Source: a virus
Lineage: Duplodnaviria > Caudoviricetes
DNA: 32,786 bases
Direction: 5' to 3' (one strand)
Virus record (IMG/VR): IMGVR_UViG_3300039076_000025
Span: 1-32,786 of that record
This document shows, piece by piece, positions 26,714 to 32,786 of the stretch; the first letter of the stretch is position 1, and each line of letters starts with the position of its first letter. Both the position numbers and the translations under genes were made by a program. The notes beneath the pieces were generated by a model that did not search any database, was not told the origin of the DNA, and saw nothing but the letters and a program-made list of their open reading frames with translations.

Positions 26714-26741
26714 GGGGAGTCGCATCCAAGCGATACTCCCC
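26714..26741 (-). terminator. Stem-loop after the capsid gene (weak terminator or stabiliser)
   Basis: GGGGAGUAUCGC-UUGGAU-GCGACUCCCC then UAAUUUU. Confidence 0.6.
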
Positions 26742-26761
26742 GAACTTATTTGTAAGATTTA

Positions 26762-27724
26762 CTAAGTTAAGATGAAATCAACTAACTCATCTGCAAAAGC
26801 AAATTGTACACCGAATTTAAACGCTGCCATGAACTTGATGTTCATTGCATAAGGGTCATGTAACAATTCAAATTGCTCTTCTTCGTTCAATAAGTCAGTA
26901 CCGATGAACAAGTTAGAAATACGACCAGCATATATCTTAGAAGTTCCGTTCAATCCTTGAACTGCGATAACCTTAATTGTAGTTCCTGGCAAAGTTAATT
27001 CGCCAGTTGCTTGACCATCAAAAGTATAATTAAATAAATTTGAATTTTTTAATGCGATAGTGTAAGTACGGAAAACATCGTTTCCTACAAATATTGCAAC
27101 GTCATCCTTATCAACGATTGAAGCTGGGATAGCCTTGTAAACTGCATCTAAAACCGCAACAACAACACCACTTGTAATACCAGCAGAAGCAGCCAAAGCA
27201 GTTCCGTAATAAGTAGTTGTATTTGCGTGGATAACTGAAGCCGAAGCGGCAGCAACTAACTTCGCAAAACCATCAAACTTATTCAAGTTACCATTTGCTG
27301 AAGCAGAATCTCCAGTCCAAATAGCAGTTTCTAATTGAGAAGCAATTCTTGCTGCTTTCTTAGAAGTATAATCAGCAGCGAAAGCGATTGAATCATACAT
27401 AGAACCAGCTGATAATGCTTTTTGTAAGTACTTAGACTCTAATCCTTTTGGACAAAGCGCCTCTTGTACTTTAATTTTACCAACCGTTACACTTCTTTGA
27501 GTGAAAGTAGTTGTACCTGATGCGTTGAAACCGCAATCGCTATCATCTTGAAAGAAAGCATCAGTATCCATGATACCAATTTTCTCAGAAGATTTTACTC
27601 CAACTAAAACGTTTCCTTGAGATTTAATCAAAGTAGCAGTTTTAGAGCCAAGAACTGAAGATGTTACTAATAAAGCTTCGTTTTCTTTGGCGTAATCCGT
27701 TAATGTACTTACAACAAATGCCAT
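26762..27724 (-). CDS. Major capsid protein
   Basis: 320 aa; LETAIWTGD...FDGFAK motif; follows protease and scaffold. Confidence 0.85.
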   Translation of the reverse strand: MAFVVSTLTDYAKENEALLVTSSVLGSKTATLIKSQGNVLVGVKSSEKIGIMDTDAFFQDDSDCGFNASGTTTFTQRSVTVGKIKVQEALCPKGLESKYLQKALSAGSMYDSIAFAADYTSKKAARIASQLETAIWTGDSASANGNLNKFDGFAKLVAAASASVIHANTTTYYGTALAASAGITSGVVVAVLDAVYKAIPASIVDKDDVAIFVGNDVFRTYTIALKNSNLFNYTFDGQATGELTLPGTTIKVIAVQGLNGTSKIYAGRISNLFIGTDLLNEEEQFELLHDPYAMNIKFMAAFKFGVQFAFADELVDFILT

Positions 27725-27745
27725 AATTTTTCTTTTTTAAAATTT

Positions 27746-28336
27746 TTAATTTAAAGTTTTAACTCTTTCCAAGAATCGCTCTATCTTGTCAGCCTTTGGC
27801 TCAACGATTCTAAAATTGTTTTTTGGATTTTGGATAGGGTCAGCCACTGGAGTTTTTGAAAATCCTTCCAATACGCTTAACATTTCACTAAATCCTTGAT
27901 TAAACTTGCTTTCTAATTCTCCCAACTTGTTTTTCAAAGCCTCATTCTCGGCTTGCAAGTAAGTGATAGTAGCATTCATTTCATCAAATTTAGATTCATT
28001 CTCCATTTCTTTTTCTTTTGGAGTTTCATCTTTAGATGTTTCTTCAGCTTGTGGAGTTTCTATTGCTTCCACTTTGCCTTCAACAACGGTCATCATAGTA
28101 CCATCAGCAAGTTCATACTCTCCATCGGGAGCAGATACTGAGTTACCTGATTCATCAACAAGCATAGCATCTGCGCCAATCTCTAAAGCTGATAAATCAA
28201 TCTTACTTCCATCTTTAAGGTCGTAAGTTTCAAATACCAATTGAGTCGCTGGCTCAGGTGCAATTTCTTCAGTTTGCTCAACGGAGTTATCCGATAACAA
28301 AACTTTAATTTTTTCAATTGCTTCTGAAACGTTCAT
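27746..28336 (-). CDS. Capsid scaffolding protein (putative)
   Basis: Acidic; APDGEYELADG...V.EGKV..I motif plus coiled coil; directly upstream of the capsid gene. Confidence 0.65.
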   Translation of the reverse strand: MNVSEAIEKIKVLLSDNSVEQTEEIAPEPATQLVFETYDLKDGSKIDLSALEIGADAMLVDESGNSVSAPDGEYELADGTMMTVVEGKVEAIETPQAEETSKDETPKEKEMENESKFDEMNATITYLQAENEALKNKLGELESKFNQGFSEMLSVLEGFSKTPVADPIQNPKNNFRIVEPKADKIERFLERVKTLN

Positions 28337-28360
28337 AAATTGTTTTACTATTGTTTGATT

Positions 28361-28369
28361 ATAAATACT
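28361..28369 (-). promoter_or_regulatory. Variant late promoter motif
   Basis: Minus strand AGTATTTAT, upstream of scaffold/capsid. Confidence 0.45.
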
Positions 28370-28390
28370 GATTAATTAATACTTTATCAT

Positions 28391-28981
28391 TTAGACTTGT
28401 TCTAAAATCGAACATATCTCCGACCATAGCGATTCCTCTACGCTCATTGGTTGCTTTCCTTTCTTGTAATTAAAAATGCCTTCAACACTAAATCCTTTAA
28501 ATTCGCCCGATTTAATCTTATTCCAAACCGATTCGTTTTCAACTTTAAAGCTACCAAACCAAGAGCCTTCGGGTGCATCCTCAAATCCTTTCATTGCCAT
28601 AACTCCTCTTGAAGAATCCACGATAAACGATTCGTACATCGTTACCCCTTCAACTGCCAAAGCCTCATCGTGCATCAAGTTTACGTTTGACTGATAACCT
28701 TTCTTAAAGAACTTTTGTGCTATCTTCTCAATCGTGTCTTTAGTAAACGTAACATAGTACTCGCCATTTTGGTCGTTCCTATAAATAGGAGTATCGGCCA
28801 ACATTAAAGCGCCTGAAACAATTCTCCTATCTTCTGACTGAATAACAAAATTAGCCTTTGCTTCTTTAAACATTAAAAAGTCTTTTTCAATTGCTGGTCT
28901 ATCTACCAAAGCAACGAAGTCAACTTCAACATCATCGTTTAAATCTTCACTAATTTCAAGTTGATAAATTGGTAATTTCAT
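28391..28981 (-). CDS. Prohead protease (XkdF/peptidase S78-like)
   Basis: VALVDRPAIE, NVNLMHD, GSWF...VWNKIKSGEFKGFSVEG. Confidence 0.85.
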   Translation of the reverse strand: MKLPIYQLEISEDLNDDVEVDFVALVDRPAIEKDFLMFKEAKANFVIQSEDRRIVSGALMLADTPIYRNDQNGEYYVTFTKDTIEKIAQKFFKKGYQSNVNLMHDEALAVEGVTMYESFIVDSSRGVMAMKGFEDAPEGSWFGSFKVENESVWNKIKSGEFKGFSVEGIFNYKKGKQPMSVEESLWSEICSILEQV

Positions 28982-28992
28982 ATTATTTGTTT

Positions 28993-30954
28993 TTAAATTC
29001 TTGCGGAGTTTTCAATTCTCCTTATTCTTTTTTGACTTCCCGTAATATCTGACTCAACAACGTATGCCCGTGCCGCCACATTTCCAATTGCATTTAAAGA
29101 AGTTTGGTCTAAAGCAGTTGGCGCATTAGGAGTAAATCTTGGTGCTATTGGCGCTTCTGCCGTAGGCACTGAAATATTTGTACTTGGTGCAGAGCCTCCA
29201 CCTGGAACACTATTTAACAAGTTTTTAGCTTGAGCCAAATTTGCAAGTATTCTAATAATACCAGTAGCATATTGAGCAATACCAGCACCTCCAAAAGTTA
29301 AAGTATTTAATGGATTTGCTTCTGATACTGCCATTAAAGAAGAAATAGAAGTTGCCGTATCAATTCCTACTTGAGCAAAAGCTAATCCTTTTTGCAATGC
29401 AGTTCCTTGCTCTGCCAATCCTGATAATGCGCCAAATATACCTCCGATTGCAGTTGCATTTTCTTCTTTTTGAAGTCGCTCAGCCTTATCAATTTCTTTT
29501 CTTGTAAGACTTAATTCTTTTACTCTTTTATTATAATCTCTTTCAACAATTAACTTATCTTTAAATTGTTTTTTTAATAATTCTAATTCATCATCAACTG
29601 CTTTACGTTTAGCATCAAATTTAGCAAGTTCATTATCTTGAATGAATTGTAAATCTTCTAATTGCCTATTATAAGTAATTGTTCTAATCTCATTATCTGC
29701 AATTAATTTATTTACCTCAATTTCTTGTTTCTTATTTGCAAATTCTATTTCAGCATCAACTCTTGCCTGAGTACCTAAACCAGCTATGTTAATATTATCT
29801 TGTAATCTTTTTAACTCAAGTTCTGCCTCCTCATCTAAAATCTTTCTTTTTTGTTGAGCCTTATCTAATTCATCAACTATCAAATCTGCATTTGCTTTTT
29901 TTTGAGCAATCAATAAAAGACTTTGATTTTGTATTCTTGTCTTTTCAAGATTTTGTTGCTCTAATAATAAACCAGTTTGATTAATTAATTGCTCTGACCT
30001 AAATCCTTCTACTTGTGCTAAAACTGCTGCATATTGATTTTGTGCTTCAATCTTTGCTTTTTGAAATGCTATTGACCCAGCATCTTTTTTTAAGTTAGCA
30101 TCTGCCGCTTGAATTAATAATCCTGCTTGGGCTAATTGTGCTTCTTGTGATTTTTCTAAAACTTTCCCTAATTCTTCATTAGCCTTAATTCTATCCGCTA
30201 CCGATTTAGTAGTATCATCTCTAACTTGCCTTTGTTTTTCGGCTTCCCTATCAAATTTTTCAATTAATCCACCTAATCTCGCTGCGGCTAATTCTGCATT
30301 ATTTTGTAAGTCAACATTTGCCTTTGCAGCCTTTACTACATTCTTTGTATAATCAATTACCTTTTTACCAGCCTCAACTAATTTATCTCCAGTATCATCA
30401 ATACCCGTTACTACATCTAAAGATTCTTTTGCCGCATCTTTTACGTTAGTTAACGCTTTGTCAAATTCACCAGCAAATAAGTTTTTAAATGCGGAGGCTA
30501 AAAACCCACTTACTTCTAATAAAGAATTAAATCTTTCAATTAAATTATCTTGTATATTTTTAGCTAAAGTCTTAACAAATTCGCCAGGTCTTTCAAAAGC
30601 ATCTTTAAAGAAATTAACTACCTTATCAGTATTGCCAACAATAAAACCAACAAAGTCACTAACTATTATAGAAAGCGACTCGGTTGCAACTGCTAAAATA
30701 TTTGTAATCTTAGAATTGCCTGAAAGTATTTCTCCAAACTTTTCAAATACCTTTAATATAATAGATGCGCTTGCAAGTGTCTTAACCGCTTGACCTAAAG
30801 AACTAAATGCACCTTTACTTCCTTCTGCTTTTTTACCAGCTTTCTCGGCACTTTCGCCAGCTTCGTCAATTTTGTCTTTTAATTCCCCTACATTCTTAGC
30901 TGAATCTCCAGTCTTTGCTTCAACGGTAATTATTACATTTTCTTTTTGAGCCAT
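28993..30954 (-). CDS. Tape measure protein
   Basis: 653 aa, Ala/Lys/Glu-rich coiled coil with hydrophobic patches; ends RAYVVESDITGSQ. Confidence 0.75.
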   Translation of the reverse strand: MAQKENVIITVEAKTGDSAKNVGELKDKIDEAGESAEKAGKKAEGSKGAFSSLGQAVKTLASASIILKVFEKFGEILSGNSKITNILAVATESLSIIVSDFVGFIVGNTDKVVNFFKDAFERPGEFVKTLAKNIQDNLIERFNSLLEVSGFLASAFKNLFAGEFDKALTNVKDAAKESLDVVTGIDDTGDKLVEAGKKVIDYTKNVVKAAKANVDLQNNAELAAARLGGLIEKFDREAEKQRQVRDDTTKSVADRIKANEELGKVLEKSQEAQLAQAGLLIQAADANLKKDAGSIAFQKAKIEAQNQYAAVLAQVEGFRSEQLINQTGLLLEQQNLEKTRIQNQSLLLIAQKKANADLIVDELDKAQQKRKILDEEAELELKRLQDNINIAGLGTQARVDAEIEFANKKQEIEVNKLIADNEIRTITYNRQLEDLQFIQDNELAKFDAKRKAVDDELELLKKQFKDKLIVERDYNKRVKELSLTRKEIDKAERLQKEENATAIGGIFGALSGLAEQGTALQKGLAFAQVGIDTATSISSLMAVSEANPLNTLTFGGAGIAQYATGIIRILANLAQAKNLLNSVPGGGSAPSTNISVPTAEAPIAPRFTPNAPTALDQTSLNAIGNVAARAYVVESDITGSQKRIRRIENSARI

Positions 30955-30956
30955 TA

Positions 30957-32786
30957 TTAACTTGGATAAAATAATTCAATTACTCTTAACAATTCACATT
31001 TGGTTGTTTTAGAAATACTCGGATTAAAATCAATTACTTTATTTAATCTCCATAATGCGCCATCAATATAAATCAGTTGAGCAAAGTCAAGTGAATAAAT
31101 ATCTTGTACGGTTAAGTATAAATAGCAACTTAATAGCTTACTATCTTTGTTTATAATTTCGGCTAAATATTCATCCCACCAAGAATTAAATAAATTAGCC
31201 GTTGGATATGGATTTAATAAAGTAAAATAAAATTCATTTGGCACTCCAAAATTAATGTCAATTGTTGGTAGTTCAGGGTCATCTAAATGCCCAGCATATC
31301 CGTAGCTTGTTCTTACCCCTCCGTAATTACCATTGCCTGGATTGCCTAACTCTGGGTCATAATAATGTTTAATATTATAATTTGGACTTGAAACACTTTT
31401 AAAAATCATTATTCGGATATTGTTATCCTTTCGTTCTTCAACTCCGTTAGATTCTTTAAATAAATTTGCTCTTAATTTTGTATCAGTTGCATCTTTAGTT
31501 AATACGCTTGGACTAAAAATTACTTTTATTTCCGTTCTATCCTCAGCAAATTGGAAACCCGTATCTTCTTTTCTATCGCCATACGATTCATTGTATTTTT
31601 TTCTATATGCCTCGTTATAATAATCATCATCCTCAGTATAAACATAATCGTAATACCTTGCATTTAATTCCGACATTGGCTTAATAGAAATCTCTTTTGA
31701 ATAATCTAATTTATTCGACCAATCAATTGAAGAAGCAACTGGGTCAGATAACAAAAGTAAACCCGTAGCATCTCCAGTTTCCCCATGCAATAGTAATTCG
31801 CCAACATCATTTACTTTTAAGAACCCAGCACCTTTACGATAAAATTCTATGTATGGCTCAATTAATAAATGAGTCGTAATTTGTGGGTCTTCATAAACAT
31901 ATAAATTAAACATTCGACAAATTGAAGCAAAAAAGTCTTTTTGTTGAATGCCTTTAGGTAAACAATTCCCCATTGAAATTAAAACTCCTTCGGTTGCTAA
32001 TGCAACTTGGGGATAATCAGAAATAAATGATAAATATAAATTAGGGTCTAAAGTAACATATGTTTCGCTTGCCGTAAATGAAGCATCAATATTAATAATA
32101 TTGCCTACTCCTAATGTAGCATCAATAAGCCAATCAATATTATAAATTTGATTATCAACGTCAGGTTCAAAAGTTTCCGTATATAATAAAGTTGCGGACT
32201 GATAAACCGATAAAATAAAAGTACCTGGTCTTGATAATGATATTGTTCCATTAAGCCTTATTTTACCAAGTGTTGAAACTGTGCCAGCAAAAGTAAAAGA
32301 CTGATTTGTTGAATCTTTTGTAAAATTTATTAAATTAATTATTGTATTAAAAGCTAAAGTACCTCCAGCACTTGTATTTGCTCCGCCATCTAAAGCATTA
32401 TTACCATAAACTAATAATAAATCCTTAGTCAATTGCTCAAGATTAGCCTTATTATTAGGTATTATTAAACTTCTAAAATAAGGCGTGTCAAAAAAGGCAG
32501 AAGTATACGTGTAACCTGAAAAATCAATTATTTTATCAATTAATTCGTGAACGAAAAATGCTGGTCTAAAAGCATTTAAATGCCAATCATCTCCTGAATA
32601 ATTAGCTGGATGTCTACATAGTCCGTAATCAATTAAAGGATATACAATACCTACTCCACTTGCCACACCTGAAGCAGTCCAAGAATTAACAATATTTTCA
32701 GCAGTCCATAATTGGTCATAAGCATCAGAAAAATGACCAAACATATCAGGTTCATTTAATAGCTTATTACCTATTGCGGAGGCAAA
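30957..32786 (-). CDS. C-terminal part of the junction-spanning tail tip protein
   Basis: Continuous frame from 497; YPLIDYG, MFNLY and WRLNKVIDFNP...KCELLR motifs. Confidence 0.8.
   Translation of the reverse strand, partial: FASAIGNKLLNEPDMFGHFSDAYDQLWTAENIVNSWTASGVASGVGIVYPLIDYGLCRHPANYSGDDWHLNAFRPAFFVHELIDKIIDFSGYTYTSAFFDTPYFRSLIIPNNKANLEQLTKDLLLVYGNNALDGGANTSAGGTLAFNTIINLINFTKDSTNQSFTFAGTVSTLGKIRLNGTISLSRPGTFILSVYQSATLLYTETFEPDVDNQIYNIDWLIDATLGVGNIINIDASFTASETYVTLDPNLYLSFISDYPQVALATEGVLISMGNCLPKGIQQKDFFASICRMFNLYVYEDPQITTHLLIEPYIEFYRKGAGFLKVNDVGELLLHGETGDATGLLLLSDPVASSIDWSNKLDYSKEISIKPMSELNARYYDYVYTEDDDYYNEAYRKKYNESYGDRKEDTGFQFAEDRTEIKVIFSPSVLTKDATDTKLRANLFKESNGVEERKDNNIRIMIFKSVSSPNYNIKHYYDPELGNPGNGNYGGVRTSYGYAGHLDDPELPTIDINFGVPNEFYFTLLNPYPTANLFNSWWDEYLAEIINKDSKLLSCYLYLTVQDIYSLDFAQLIYIDGALWRLNKVIDFNPSISKTTKCELLRVIELFYPS
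32680..32786. repeat. Terminal direct repeat (copy 2)
   Basis: Identical to 1-107. Confidence 0.97.

Noticed and set aside
4114-31620. All + strand ORFs in the track
   Set aside because: Short shadows antisense to well-supported genes, with no recognisable motifs
1-32786. Stop-codon reassignment
   Set aside because: Standard code gives intact, densely packed genes, and TAA, TGA and TAG all serve as stops

Overview
A complete, circularly permuted ~32,679-bp tailed-phage genome (Caudoviricetes, siphovirus-like). Bases 1-107 are identical to 32680-32786, and a tail gene reads in frame across the join. All credible genes lie on the minus strand. A TAnnTTTG -7 promoter element and A-rich leaders without Shine-Dalgarno sites point to a Bacteroidota host (inference). 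I found no integrase, repressor, polymerase, helicase, tRNA or CRISPR array. Transcription order from ~14390 downward: small early genes, ERF recombinase, SSB, replication initiator, VRR-NUC, DUF3310, sigma-like factor, a glycosyltransferase/methyltransferase cluster, TerS/TerL, tail genes, tape measure, protease/scaffold/capsid, tail tube, portal, fibre plus adhesin, lysis genes and a metallophosphoesterase. The most striking signals are non-coding. (i) A leader RNA in front of the replication initiator has an upstream hairpin loop perfectly complementary (8/8) to the loop of a downstream intrinsic terminator, suggesting a kissing-loop attenuator. (ii) The 3' UTR of the last late gene is antisense, in register, to the translation starts of the first early genes. 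(iii) A GCTATTTAT motif recurs in front of late genes. Protein-level oddities include a portal-wHTH-MuF-like fusion, a DUF11/DUF5977 adhesin and a probable unimolecular spanin. All family assignments come from motif recognition by eye, not from database searches.
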